Source: Takakia lepidozioides
Lineage: Eukaryota; Plantae; Bryophyta
Direction of reading: 5' to 3'
Assembly: GCA_030704615.1 (NCBI GenBank)
Contig: CM060733.1
Coordinates: forward strand, 38,068,001-38,132,000
Length of the DNA stretch: 64,000 nt
The stretch's first letter is position 1, and each line of letters begins with the position of its first letter. The position numbers were made by a program, and so were the translations under genes. The notes under the pieces are model-generated. The model had not been told where the DNA came from. It searched no databases and saw only the letters and a program-made list of their open reading frames with translations. This document shows positions 37,673-50,978 of the stretch, piece by piece.

Positions 37673-39865
37673 ATGACAGGCAAATATCTTTTGATAAGGA
37701 CGCTCTTCGGTCATACTATCCTGTCAAGATCACCCAATTTCAAACGGAAGCACTCAAACCAGGCCCTTTGGATTGAGGGTTGCTCAAGACGTTCTTGGGT
37801 GATAGCAGCCCTAGCTGCCATGATACAAGGTCGAGTACAATCTGGTGATGGAGTCAACAATAACTCTTCTGGCTCTTGTGGGGATGTGAGGACACTATGT
37901 AAGGCAGGACGACTTAAAGAGGCGCTGCACATTTTGATCAAACAAGGCATTTCGGCAGACACCAATTCCTATGTCTGTTTTCTGGGGGAGTGCATCAGAA
38001 GGCAAAACCTTGACATGGGAAAGCAGGTGCATGTGCACATTATCCAACACCAAGTCAATCCAAACTTATTTCTTCTGAACAACCTTGTCAACATGTATGT
38101 CAAGTGTGAAAGTGTGGTAGATGCACGCCTAGTGTTTGACAAAATGCCTGAACGAGATGTGTTTACATGGACCATAATGATGGCAGGATATGCTCAGCAC
38201 GGGTTGGGCAAGGAGGCTTTCGAGGTTTATAAGCAAATGATACAGGAAGGAGTGCCGCCCAACAACGTTACTTTCATTTGTGCCCTCAAGGCATGTGCTA
38301 GCCTAGGATCCCTGGAAAAGGGCAAAGAGGTCCATGCTGACATCATCAAAGCCGAAGTCTCACCAGATATCATTCTGGAGACTGCCCTTGCTGCCATGTA
38401 TGCCAAATGTGGGAACGTGATGGATGCACGTAAAGTTTTCAACAATATGGCTAGACGAAATGTGGTCTCATGGAGTACAATGATCGCAGGATATGTGCAG
38501 CATGGATGTGATAGGGAGGCTTTCGAAGTCTATGAGCAAATGCTACAGGAAGGGGTGACACCCAACAAAGTCACATTCATTTGTGTTCTGAATGCATGTG
38601 CCGGCCTGGCGGTCCTGGAAAAGGGCAAAGAGGTCCATGCTAGCATCATTAAAGCTGGAATTAAACCGGATGTCATTCTGGAGACTGCCCTTGTCGACAT
38701 GTATTGCAAATGTGGAAATATGAAGGATGCGCATCAAGTGTTTGGTGACATGGCTCAACGAAATGTTATCTCATGGAATACAATGATCACAGGATATGCT
38801 ATGCACGGGCGTGGGAGGGACTCCTTTGACCTCTATGAGCAAATGATACGCGAAGGGGTGACACCCAACAAGGTCACCTTCATTTGCATTCTCAATGCAT
38901 GTGTCAGCCTGGCAGCCCTTGAAAAGGGCAAGGAGGTTCATTCAGACATTATCAAGTCTGGGATTGCATCATACATGAATTTGGAGAATACCCTTGTTAA
39001 CATGTATGCCAAATGTGGAAGCATGAAGGATGCACGTCAAGTGTTCGACAATATGATTAAACAGGATGTGGTCTCTTGGAACACCATGATCACAGGATAT
39101 AGTCAGCATGGGAGTGGTAGCGAGCCTTTTGAGATGTATGAGCAAATGGTATGGGAAGGGGTGCTTCCTGATGAGGTCACATTCATTTGTCTTCTCAATA
39201 TGTGTGCCAGGATGACTGCCCTGGAAAAGGGCCGAGATATCCATGCCGACATCATCAAATCTCAAATTGCATCATTTATTAATCTGGAAAATACACTTAT
39301 GAACATGTATGCCAAATGTGGAAGCATGAAGGACGCACGTCATGTATTTGACAGTATGGCTAAACAAAATGTGGTCTCATGGAGTGTGATCATATCAGGA
39401 TATGGTCAGAATGGGTGTGGTAGGGAGGCCTTCGAACTATTTGAACAAATGCAACATGAAGGCTTGAAGCCAAATGGTATTACATTCATGTCTCTTCTCT
39501 CTGCCTGTAGCCATATGGGCCTACTGGACGAAGGCCGTCACTACTTCAATGCCATGAGCCAAGAATACGGCCTCACTCCTACAGCGGACCATTTTGGTTG
39601 CATGGTGGACCTTCTTGGCCGGGCAGGGCGACTGGAGGAGGCAGAGGACTTCATTAACAAGATGCCAATCAGTCCAGGTGCTTTCGTGTGGGGGGCGTTG
39701 CTTGGTGCCTCCAGAATTCATGGCCGTGTAAAGATAGCTGAGCGTGCGGCAAGATGTCTTCTTGAGTGCGATCCACAGGATGCTTCAACTTATGTGCTGC
39801 TATCAAACATATATGTTGTGGGTGACAGGTGGGACAATACGGCAGGGTTAGATAATGATAGATGA
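37673..39865 (+). CDS. PLS-class PPR protein (17 repeats), E-truncated, no DYW; paralogue of 26997-29972
   Basis: Intact 730-aa ORF of L-S-P repeats ending in E1/partial E2, with a decayed PDF motif (SRSPNFKRKHSNQALWIEG). Upstream exon homologues occur at ~36550-36594 and ~37015-37094. The true start is uncertain. Confidence 0.85.
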   Translation: MTGKYLLIRTLFGHTILSRSPNFKRKHSNQALWIEGCSRRSWVIAALAAMIQGRVQSGDGVNNNSSGSCGDVRTLCKAGRLKEALHILIKQGISADTNSYVCFLGECIRRQNLDMGKQVHVHIIQHQVNPNLFLLNNLVNMYVKCESVVDARLVFDKMPERDVFTWTIMMAGYAQHGLGKEAFEVYKQMIQEGVPPNNVTFICALKACASLGSLEKGKEVHADIIKAEVSPDIILETALAAMYAKCGNVMDARKVFNNMARRNVVSWSTMIAGYVQHGCDREAFEVYEQMLQEGVTPNKVTFICVLNACAGLAVLEKGKEVHASIIKAGIKPDVILETALVDMYCKCGNMKDAHQVFGDMAQRNVISWNTMITGYAMHGRGRDSFDLYEQMIREGVTPNKVTFICILNACVSLAALEKGKEVHSDIIKSGIASYMNLENTLVNMYAKCGSMKDARQVFDNMIKQDVVSWNTMITGYSQHGSGSEPFEMYEQMVWEGVLPDEVTFICLLNMCARMTALEKGRDIHADIIKSQIASFINLENTLMNMYAKCGSMKDARHVFDSMAKQNVVSWSVIISGYGQNGCGREAFELFEQMQHEGLKPNGITFMSLLSACSHMGLLDEGRHYFNAMSQEYGLTPTADHFGCMVDLLGRAGRLEEAEDFINKMPISPGAFVWGALLGASRIHGRVKIAERAARCLLECDPQDASTYVLLSNIYVVGDRWDNTAGLDNDR

Positions 39866-40340
39866 CAGGTATAACAATGAGTGAGGGCCCAGCTGCATTG
39901 GGATGGACAGCTGGGAATATGCATGGGTTGTAGAAGACGAATTGCATCCCAATATTGCTGAAATCCATGCTGAGCGGAAGGTTGTTGATGAAGGAACTGC
40001 TTTCACCACTGAGTAGCTCCCTCCCAACAATTAAGGTAGAAAAACCTAAAATAGACATTTTAGGTAGTTTGCATGGATAGAATGATCAAAAAAATGATCA
40101 GTTTGTCCACCATTCTCTTCATCTTATCCATCGTTGTCTCCAGCTGTAATGTGTAGTCTAAAGTGATGTACATCTCAAGAGTCTGAGGAGTCTGAAAAAT
40201 TGGAAGCACTTTTTAGGCAGAGAGAATGGAGTAACAGTCAAAGTGAAGGTGGGTACACCATGTTTTCTGAGTATTTGGGACAGCATCTGAGAGTGCAATC
40301 CTTGCAGTGTGGTATAGCAGCAAACATTCTCCTTAGTTAA

Positions 40341-41571
40341 CCCTTAAGTGTCAAAACTCATTTTCACCCTCTCGTAGAAAAACATGACCCTGGCCCACCA
40401 AAAAAAAACTTATCTATAGAATCTCTGTGTCCCTGTAAAACTGACCGTTGGAATTACTTCCCACCTACCCCACCTCCTACCACAAAAAGTTTCACCAAAA
40501 TCCAACTGCCAGATCTGAAGATTATGAAGTATAGAGTGGGGACAAAAAAAAATCTCCATTGAGAACTAGGTGCCAAAAAAAAGCAGTTTTTTGCTCGTAT
40601 TGGGCATTTTTAATTTTTTCTGTTCGAGAGTCTCAAGAATGTTGTTACATAACTGATAACACACATTCTCATAAAATTTCAGTTTTTTCTGAAATGTTCT
40701 CAAGTGGGCTCCTTTGTAGTGACAAATTGGGGGGTCAAAATATGCCATTTTCTTTGGGCAGGCCAAAATATCTCTTCCTAAAATTATACAAACAAATTCA
40801 GCCGTTCAATTCCTAATCCCTCCGGTTGAAGTGTCATGAACATCCATATGAGATCCCAAAAAAAGTTTGGAACCAATCGGTAACTGCCCTTACATCTTTA
40901 GGTTCCCTGCCCAAGACTTCAAATGGCACACCTATGTTATAGCCTGCAGGCCTAGGATATTTGGAGCCATAGCCCAGAAGGGCACGGGGCTTGGGATCTC
41001 CTTTGGCTTACCCGGCCCTGCTTTCATGGGGGGCCACACCACTCTCAACCCTCTCAAACCCCCGCCCTAGGTTTGGCCCACACCTCGTGGCGTTTTTCTG
41101 GAGCCCCGAGCTCTGCCGCTATCGCGGCTGCACTCCATCCAGCCCGCCCTGCACGGCGTTCGTCGGAGCTTCCATCGCCGTCGATTCAGGCTAGGGCCCA
41201 GGCCTGGGAATGCCCAGACCTGCGCCGGGCGCCATGCCCCTGCCGGGCAATCAAGGAGATTGGGGGAGCGTGCCGCCCTAACCTTTATGGGGTATCTTTC
41301 AGTCACCCTAACCTGACCGCAGTTGCCATGTCAGCAACTTGGGCAGCTTAGGGGGGCCAATTTGGCCTCAAAAAGCTGAGTGTGCCCCCTTCCAATTGGT
41401 CCAGACCCATAACCCTTCAGGCATTGACCAATTGGCCAATGCCATATGAAGGGGGACCCGATTATCTGTCGATTGAGCTAAAAAAAAAGCAAATCAGCCT
41501 TAACCACAGGAAGTTATGGCTGGTTAGAGAAACCTAACCGACCCAAAACGGGTCGGTTTGACACTTAAGGG
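40341..41571. mobile_element. Non-autonomous piggyBac-like element
   Basis: TTAA TSD at 40337-40340 and 41572-41575. Perfect 15-bp TIRs cccttaagtgtcaaa / tttgacacttaaggg beginning CCC. No transposase ORF. Confidence 0.88.
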
Positions 41572-42314
41572 TTAAAAAGAGGTGGCTATGGCTGCTCACA
41601 GTTCACATTCCCATACTAACCTCATCAGCTTCACCATTGGTGTTCATCTCAGATTAACTATTTTGTAGTCAGGATGCTGTGCCCAAAGCCCTTCAAAAAG
41701 ATGCCATGACCAGAACCATCAGCCACCAACTATATATGTCATGGTGAAGAGACTCAGACTAAGGTTTAAAATCAGTTAAAAGATGGCTTCTGAGTTCTGG
41801 ATGTCACAACTGCAGAGGCCCATTGGAATCTTGATTTCATTCCATTGCACCAACCAAGCAAGCTACATTACAGGTTACCACTTCTTTCTTTTCCACATTT
41901 GTGAGGAAAAGTAATTTCCGTTACAAATAGAAAGACCCACTGTAACATACATGTCTCATCACAACAATCTCGACACAAGCCAATAAGGTGCTCAGGTAAC
42001 CATTTGCAGATTTTCAAAGCTTCAACAAACACAGCACCAACCCTTTCAGCATACTGCCACTGATTTTGACAGAAATTAGGACCAAAGCATAGCCCTTGAT
42101 CTCTCTACCCTACTTTGCAAGAAAGGTCAAACATGCTAAAGACAGCAGTTGTCACTGTACATATGTCCCACACAACTTAAAGTTCTTCCAGCGTTTCCCA
42201 TACTAAGAGAGCCCCTGCCACCTGTTCCCACACTAAACAATCTACAACTCACCTGGAAGCACCCCAGATGATCTACAATTTCAACGACAACTGTACTACC
42301 AAGTACACTTTCCT

Positions 42315-45300
42315 TCAGCCAGATATCAACTTTGCTTCAGCTGTGCGTGTTCCCAGAGTCTGGCGGCGAGGAATTCCAATCTCACAGGCGTTTACCTTGG
42401 CTGCGAATCGGAGGGAACACAGAGATTCATTCAAGGACTTTGAATCTGGCGAGATGTTGACAAACATCAGTGTCTTTGAATCTCCTCCCAGGCAAGGCTG
42501 CACGATTCAATGCCAAGACACCAGCAAGATCTTGAATCGTTAATACTGCAGGATTACATGGACATTCTTCAAGAAACAACCCTGTTCTCGCAAAAAAGGC
42601 ACTGAAATATCAGGTAAAACATTATTCAGGTTTCCACACTACTGCATCTAAAATAACACAACATGCACGACACAAAATATGGCAAGAAAGTAGAACACAA
42701 TCGTCCAAAGATCAGAGTCCAGAAACCCTATGACAAAGAAACCAGGTTAGGAATGAAGAGTGGAGAAAATAAAAAAATACTTGGAGCAGGTATGTGAGCT
42801 TCGAGTTGCGGTATGGCACATGGGGGTCCTTGTTGGCAATTGACAAAATCACATCTCCAAGACTCGACAGGCTCTTGTTAATGGCCTGCCAAAACATTCA
42901 ACCCCTGCTCTTAATTCTCTGTGGCCTTATTTCCTCATATATGATCTCTTGTTGTGCTTGAACTGATGTAACACATGCACCGAAGAATATTTACGGACCT
43001 TGTCACTACGTTACTACTACTGTTGGAGACGGAATATCCACAGAACTACAAAAATCACACCTGAGTTTCCTTGAGTCGGTCACCAGTTGCCCCACTACGG
43101 GAAAGGCGCTCGCTTCCCGCCAGATCAATGAGATTGAGAACTCCATGCACCTGTTGCTCTGTACTCTGCATAGCATGAATACCTGTTCAGGAACACTCTT
43201 ATCCAGGAGCTTCCTCCTAGAAAGTAAATGACAGATAGACCCAGTACAGGGAGGGAAGTACCTCATTTACGCCTGAAATTCGGAGGGTGAAGACACAGTG
43301 GCTTCGTGATGATTGCTCATTCATGGCCGTCTTTCCTACAGATCTGCAAGCATCCCAGACAGTTCAAACTCTGTTATGAAGCGACAAATAAGAAAATCCT
43401 TGCTTGTAGGCATCTTGCTGCAGAGAAGGACAGAGGACAGGGGAAATAGAGAGGAGGGTCAGAAAGACCAATACCCAATAGTTTCCAACACTAAAGAACC
43501 GGGTATGGGGCTAAGAAATTAACCAAGAGTAGGCTAGTAAGCACCTGCTTTGAGATGCACGTTGAAGAAGGGAGGAGACCTCCTTCCAGTTGCTGACATC
43601 AACAAGAGTCAGATCTGACACGCTAGTATTCCCATTCAGGTCATGTTTCACTACATAAAGTTGCTTTGAATTGTCAGTGATGATGGGCCCTTTGACCAGC
43701 AAATCCCGAATCGTCTCATTGTAGATTTCCAGCATTGACGCCTGCAAAGTTGAGAATACATGGAGTAAGATTTGTCAAAACAACCTGAAAATTCTATCAA
43801 GCAATAGATATGCAGCCCATACAATTAAATTATGTCTTACTATGTCATAAAATGATGCTCTCTTCCAGAAACCTGGAAAGTCAACTTCACTCTTTAACCC
43901 AGTAGGACCCTTCTCTGGTGCAAAACAGCAGGTTCGGAGTTCTACCTCAAAGAGGTATCATGTATTTCTGAGTCAAACTCCTGGACAACCAGAACTGATA
44001 CCAATGCTTCTACAATGATGCATATGCCACCCCACACCGAGTTTCTTCTAGTCTGATGTCATCTTCCTGCTAACTCTCTCATATATCCATATATCCATAT
44101 ATTCCTTCTGAGCCAAATGCATCAGCACTTTCTGAATTTCAGGTTGACTCTGATATACTGTCAAGGGGCTTAAGGAGATTCACACAGAGCTAAACCAGGT
44201 TGAAGGAAATGGCAAAACCAAGTTAGAATATGACAGTTAATCAATAGGCTCTGACAAGATCAGCCTAAAAAGGACCAAAAGATACATTCAAGCCCCAAAT
44301 CACAAGAACCAATACAAGGTCACACCTGCATACGGAAGCTCCAACCCTGATCACTAAGAGCCTGGCTTGACTGGAACACTTGTTCTAGTGAACGAGGAAT
44401 AACCCCCCTCTCCTCAGGAACCTCGGGATTCCCCAGCATAGTATGGGTTTTCCCCGACCCCGTCTGCCCATATGCAAATATACACACCTGCCACACCAAG
44501 GAAGCCCCACTGTCACCACCCATCCACCTTGGCTGCCATGCAGTCCCATAAATGCAGACCCCAGATACTGGAGAATACCAAAGGCTGGAGTTAACACCTT
44601 ATAGCCATCAAGGGCGCTCTGGACAAGTTGTGAGATCTCGACAAATACATCTTCTTGCTTCACTTCAGGTCCAAAAACCTTGTCAAATGAGAAACAGTGC
44701 TTTTGCCCTGGTACCAAACCACACCCAAATCATACTTCAAAGGGTTGGTTATGGTGTCGAGTTCCCAAAAAGAAACAAAAATGGAAATAGACGCAAGGTG
44801 GTCACAGACATAATCACTGGTGCAAAAAATTCTGCCCCAACTGATCTGTGAGAAGCAACTCACTAAGAGGTGGAATAGGAAAACAATGGAATACAGACGA
44901 CTCTTATATACAGTGGGCAAGTATGGCCTTTCCAGCAGTGGGACAGAGGACAGACACAAAGTCATGGACAAAAACAAACAGCAATCATCGCACCTAAGGA
45001 TTGAACAAGCTCAATGCCACGACCCAGAAGTTCAGTGGAGGTCGGGTACTGCACAACTTCTGACTCTTCAATGTCCTCGTCATCGGCCAGCAGTGGGCGC
45101 ACTCTACAGAATACCCGAATGTTCCCTTTGAGCTCCTGAATTCCCCGTGGCCAACCCCCCCAACGACTATTTAGAACTTTGACAGAGCACTAACACCTCT
45201 GAATCAGTTTTAGCCAAGAGACTACCCAGTGACACAATCATGTTAGCGCAGCACACGTCCCCTGGTGCTGCTTGGACTCCTCCCAGCCAGATTGTTTCTT

Positions 45301-48300
45301 TCCTTCTCCTCCCATATATATCTTTGTTTCCAGCCACATGAGTAGCAGTGCTGGAAACCTAGCCATTAGATGGACATTGAAGCCCCTGCTCTTGTTGATT
45401 GTGGGTAGCTACACCATCCATCTGACATTCATACATAGGCCTAGCCACATTCAGACACAAAAGTCAGATGGGAAGACCCACCAGGATGGTGTTATGCAGC
45501 TTCCGACGAAGAAGGTCACCCTCTTGTATGCGTTGCTCTGCTTCAGCCAAACGCCCTTGCACCTCCTCCATTTGCTGTCTCTGCTCGGCGCTATCATTTC
45601 TTTGTTGAGCCAACTGGGCTTCTGCAACCTGCATAGCACACAATAGACCCCCGGTCAACCAGCTTTCAGTCAGTCTATGAGCAGTCCATTTGATACTGAC
45701 ACTTTACTGGTTCATCTGACAGCTGTCCACTCGCTGTCAATCTTTTTGGCGCCATTTGAAATCGGTTTCCTTTCGACATACCTCTGCTTACACCCCAATA
45801 CCAGGTAGTACGACCATGATCACCAGGACATGTGAATTGAGGATTGAAGCGAGCCTACCTGCAGCTTGTGTCGGGCAAGGTCAAGTTGTTGACGGAGGGC
45901 CATAATGTGCTCATTTGCTGACGTAAAGCTCTCCTGCATTTCATCCCATGTCAAAAAGCTCAGAGAACATTCTACAAAACATAGAACTCATTGCCCTTCT
46001 ACCCCATCAGACCTTCAATTCTCTTGCTTTCTGTGACAGAGATACACATTAACATGCGGACAGCGTGACCACCATTGTGACCTCAAGTCCTGTAAAATAT
46101 ACCTCAAGGGCAACAGCCTTGCTGCTCAGAAGCTCCATTTCAGCCGCAGACTTCCCAGTGCATTCCTTGTACAATGCATTCTCTGCTGCAAGTGCTTGCA
46201 CCTGCCAGAAGGAAAGAGCACTCGGATAAGTCTTTCTCTAATAGTTTCACTCTCTGAACCGGGATAAGCATGCTAGAAGTTCTCCAATCCTCCAAAGACC
46301 ATGCTCACCATCTTCAGTCAATTGAACACTTACTATTGTGCTCAACAAGTAGCATGGAAATGGAGTAGAACTGTACCTGATTGGCTCTGTCATCACGATC
46401 CTCAGAAATACGCTGGAGCTCTATACGTAGGCGGTCAATCTCCTGAGTCAACACTTTGCTTTGTGTCATACTATCCTGGAAATTTCCCTGTGAAGAGCCA
46501 CACCTCACTTCAGAGATTTGTAGAGAGAAACGATATAGCCAGACCCAAGGATGTCCATGATATTGGAGCCAAGATGTACGATCCAGGTAACACAACATAA
46601 ACCAATGGTTGGATCAGTCACTCGGTCCCAAGCAGTTTACTTGCTTGTGTTCAACACAGGAAAAGCGGCATGTCCAGCTTCAAGCGCAAAACTAGGTGGG
46701 CAAGTAAAGGAGAAAGACAATACAGCACAAATTTAAAGGCAGGGCCACAAACGCAAGAGCTCGAGGGGTTTCATGTGTGAGAAGAGAAGAGAGCACTGTG
46801 GTTAGGGCTCTTTCCACAGACATGTAGCTTGCCTTGGCAGTATCAAGCTGGGCTTTGAGGGAAGTTGAGTGTCCACGGAGAGTACTTAGATTCTCCATCA
46901 TTGCAGCCTTCTCTTTTTGTGTGCGAGATATGGCTTCAGCTGCACTACTGGCTTCACCCTGCAGTTTGCTATTATATTGTTGCAGACTGGTGTTGTACTC
47001 CTGCAGCCGCTTGCTGATGTCTTGCAATAACCCCACCTGGTTATGCAGTTACGATACTCAGCCAACCCGTTGAACAAATTGTTACATCTATAACACCCAT
47101 GGCACTGATAGTAGAGTTTTTTCCCAGTTCAAATTGCTTCAGCAACTTCCTAGTAGAAACTGTTGTACATCGCGGCGACAAATAGGACACCAAGACACAG
47201 ATAAAGACCACTATTTGCTATAGACTATTCATAGTGTAGCCAGGTGGCCAAGATTGTAGCTTACTACTAATGTAAGACTTACTTGTAACTAATTCTGTGA
47301 TAAAGCCAAAGAGGATGCCTGCTAATAAGTTATTTATTGCAATCTATCCAGTGACACTTGGCACAAGCTGGACACAGAAGACATTCCTGCATTGCACCTA
47401 AAAGATGAAATCAGGCAACGGAAGCCTGTAATAATGTAGACGTAACTACACAGCAGTCCCCCACCTAAGATGAGACAAACAGGATAGAGATGGAGGAAAA
47501 GTAAGGAGCGACCTACTTGCTGTGCAGAGGCAGCAAGCTCCTTTGCCAGTTTGCCAATTTGGTCCTGAAGTTGGTTCTGCACTTTCTCACTTGCCCGAAG
47601 AGCTTCAGCATCTTTCTCCCGTGCCAGGATGAGCACCTTCGATATGCAGACCCATAAAACCCTCAGTCAGGGCACCTAGACACTTCTAAAATAGATGCTT
47701 CCTATCCCTTGAGTCTGCAAGCACATAAGAGTGTGATTCCCTCTATTACATTTTAAGGTCCTGGAGTTCCCTCTGCATACATAAAACAACTTAACATGTG
47801 CATCTGCAGTAAGATTTTCAAAGATGGTAGCAAGCCAAAGCTGGATTGATGCTTTGTGTCTCAAACACCATTCAGGAAAGATGTTACATCGTCAGGATGG
47901 AGAGTAACTGGGAATGCCATAGAGCTAGAACAAGGAGATCACATTGTGATATCCACAACAGAAGTGTCAAACCAACATCAAAACAAGGTGAATTGGAAAG
48001 ACCTCTTTCTCTGCCTCCACATGTGCAAGTCGGTCCTTGAGACCTGAGCACATAGACTTGAGCTCCAACAGCCCAGCCTCCAGCTCCTGCTGCTTGCTTG
48101 TCAGGCTGGCCTCTGTGACAACCCAAGTATCTGACCCACAATCAGAACTGTCGACGATACTTTGTAGATTGGAATGAGCTACATGCAAACTTTCACTCAA
48201 GCATCTGCCAGTCTGTGAGTCAAAGTGCTTTACATCGCTGCTTCAAGTAGGAGATCATGGACCTAACATGCCAGAGATGTCTACCCGACACACCTAACAC

Positions 48301-49367
48301 TGTAACCGCCACATGTGCGGTCTCCCCTAGTAGATAACATGAGAAATATCGAAGTATTTCGCTTCAAGCAGGGATTTGACAGTCAACTCTGGGCCAGTCC
48401 CTACAGATATTGATTTGCAAGTGCTCTAAAAACACCCCAACACTAACATGGACTTTTCACTTGGAAGTATTCCCTGCAAGGATGTGCTCGAAGAGCTCAA
48501 TAAAGAGAGAGAAAGGGGGGACTACCAGTCTCACTGTGTCTCTGTTTTTCGCCATCAAGTTGCTGCATTAGCTCCTCCTTTTCACGAACATGGGTTGCAT
48601 CCAGCTCCTGGAATGCTCGAATGCACGCACGTAGTTTTTTTATGTAGTCCATCATCTGTTCACTCTTACCCTGCTTGGACAAAGCCAACCCAGCAAATAT
48701 ACTTCTCTTAAGACAGCACACTGAACATTCTGCAATGGAAAACGTATGCCCCAACCTTGATCGTCCTGGCGTGTCTATGATCTGTTCACTCTTACCTTTG
48801 TGCTTTCGGACCCATGGGTAAGCCTCATAAGTTGAGAACGGCCCAAGCCACCGGAGCTTTTGTTGTGGCAAAATTCTAGAGCCATACGAGAAAGAATAAT
48901 GAATAAAAACATACCTGCGTGCAGAAAGGCCTCCGCTCATTGACGACGTATTCAGTTGAAGATTAGGAGGGAGAGAATGATCAGTTGGTACTTATGGTCT
49001 AAGCATCGTAAGACATGGGACTGGGTGATATGTCCCGGACCTGTGGCAGAAACCATACCTTAAAATCAAACTTGGTCTTCCCTATCATCTTCATACTCAA
49101 AAGAGAGTCCACATCTGCGCTCGCCGTCGACACTCCATTGCCTACTGCATTCTTGGACGCTGAATCGGGAGTTCGTACTTGCCCTGATCTCCCTGCCGGG
49201 CTCGATTCCGCCCGCATGTTCACCAATGAGAAGGCCTGCCGGGGTCGCAGCTTGATCCCAGAACCTTCTTTCGTAGCCAGTTTCCTCTTCTTTTCCGACG
49301 GAGCGTCGTGTAAATTCTCCTTCTGTTGCCCCCAAGGTGTCGTTTTCCGACTGCTTTGTGACGCCAT
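42315..49367 (-). CDS. Kinesin-14 (C-terminal motor, ATK1/KATA-like), 17 coding exons
   Basis: Exons 49367-49059, 48670-48526, 48112-48003, 47636-47517, 47036-46833, 46487-46377, 46201-46103, 45933-45859, 45628-45482, 45135-44994, 44707-44598, 44487-44326, 43741-43545, 43343-43262, 43165-43061, 42885-42781 and 42497-42315. Motifs: neck [24 protein letters not shown]-loop [19 protein letters not shown] and [10 protein letters not shown]. Confidence 0.95.
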
Positions 49368-50203
49368 CTCCCGTGAGACCACCCCACTTCCAGACCTACA
49401 CTCTACCTACATATTTCCATGGCCGACGCTTCAGACCCTTTGCCATTGCAGGCACACCCCATTCGCTTCAGCAGCTTATTCACGATATTTTCTCCGAGGG
49501 AAGTCAGGAGTTCATCGCTATGTTAAAATGCTTAGGGACACGCTCCCTCTACTGTGCATCCAAGCGGGATCCCCGAGAAAGCAACATGAAGAGCGTAAGA
49601 GCTACACCAAAAACACAGCACAGAGACGAGACTGGGAGGATGGAAGCCACAACCCAGACTCCTCCTCACACCCGACCACAGACAAACTCCTTTCTAAAGC
49701 TCTTACCACGATCCCACAAATTGAATAAGCAGCAGAGAGAGTGATGAGGTGAGCAGACAGACAGGCAGGGCCGAGAGAGAAGGCATGAAAGAAGGTCAGA
49801 GCGCAACGGTCACACTGTCGCCCTAACTTTCAAATTTCCTCGTTTGCAGGAGCTCTTTGTGGCGCTCCCTGTTGGTACTTTATTCATCCACATCCAGGAT
49901 GACAATCTTTCTGTTTTTCGTTTTCTTTGTTTGAACGGGACTCCCTGAGAGCGGAACGGTAAGTATTGTACGAGTAACGGTCAGGGGCGGGCTATTCTCC
50001 ACCTTCGCTGCCCGAACTGAATTTTTGGCTCGCATCGTGCTATGGTCAGCTAGAGAAACTGCCCAAAAGGTGGAGTACCATCCTGCTACCTTACTCAGGC
50101 ATTCTACAAGCTACGGGCAAATATGGCAAAAAAACCACCTCCTGACCCATACAAAAAACTTACCTCTAGAAAGGCCACAAACCTTACAAAGTGGCAACCT
50201 CTC

Positions 50204-50409
50204 TCTAGTGATGAGGAAGCTAGTTTAGCATAGAGCAGGAATAGGGTGCCATAGTGCCACATCATCGTCACCACGTTTCGTCGTCGTCAATTTTCGTCGG
50301 ACCTGCCCGGATTGCCCGAAAATGTCGTTGCAGCGCGAGGAAGGGATGACGGTACCCGGCATCCTTGAGCGCGGAGGGGTTTCACGCAATGTGGTGAGGG
50401 CACCTTCTA
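50204..50409. repeat. ~200-bp repeat, inverted copy at 60322-60556
   Basis: agctagtttagc...ggaatagggtgccatagtgcca...ggaggggtttcacgcaatgtggtgagggcaccttct is the reverse complement of 60322-60534. Confidence 0.85.
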
Positions 50410-50679
50410 TTTTTAATATGTGCCCGAACTGCCCGAAAACTGAACTTGAACTGTCTGATCTAGCTGACCCTTTCTCTCTCTCCCTCTCGATCTTTTGTCT
50501 TGGGCTTTCCTACGGCATCCTGCCTGTAATGCCTGAAAAAACCAAAAGTAACTGCTTGGGCTGTCTGAAGCTCAAGCTCAAGTGCGGTGTTTCATGGACA
50601 GAAGAAGGGTCGCACCACCACCATCACTACTGCTTTTGAAACAAGACGAAGAGAGCTAGTCAATAGGAACCCTTCGAGT

Positions 50680-50978
50680 GCCTGTGAGGACGTGAGGGCA
50701 CTCTGTAAGGAAGGACGACTGAAGAGGCGATGCACATTGTGAACCAAGGAGGCGATGGGGCACACTATAATAATTATGTTTTTGTCTTGCAGGAGTGCAT
50801 CAACAAGAGAGACCTAGCAGAAGGTAGACAGGTTCATGCCCACATTATGCAAAGTGGATTTCAGCCAAACATCTTTCTACTCAACACCCTTGTTACCATG
50901 TACGCCAAATGTGGGAGCTTGAAGGATGCACGTCAAGTATTTGAAAAAATGCCAGATCGCAATGTGGTCTCATGGAGT
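50680..50978 (+). pseudogene. Truncated PLS-PPR stub (first L-S repeats only)
   Basis: CEDVRALCKEGRLK, then a frameshift, then MHIVNQ...YVFVLQECINKRDLAEGRQVHAHIMQSGFQPNIFLLNTLVTMYAKCGSLKDARQVFEKMPDRNVVSWS, followed by unrelated sequence. Confidence 0.85.

Noticed and set aside
49015-49728. 237-aa plus-strand ORF
   Set aside because: It is antisense to kinesin exon 1 and the 5' region, with no recognisable domain.
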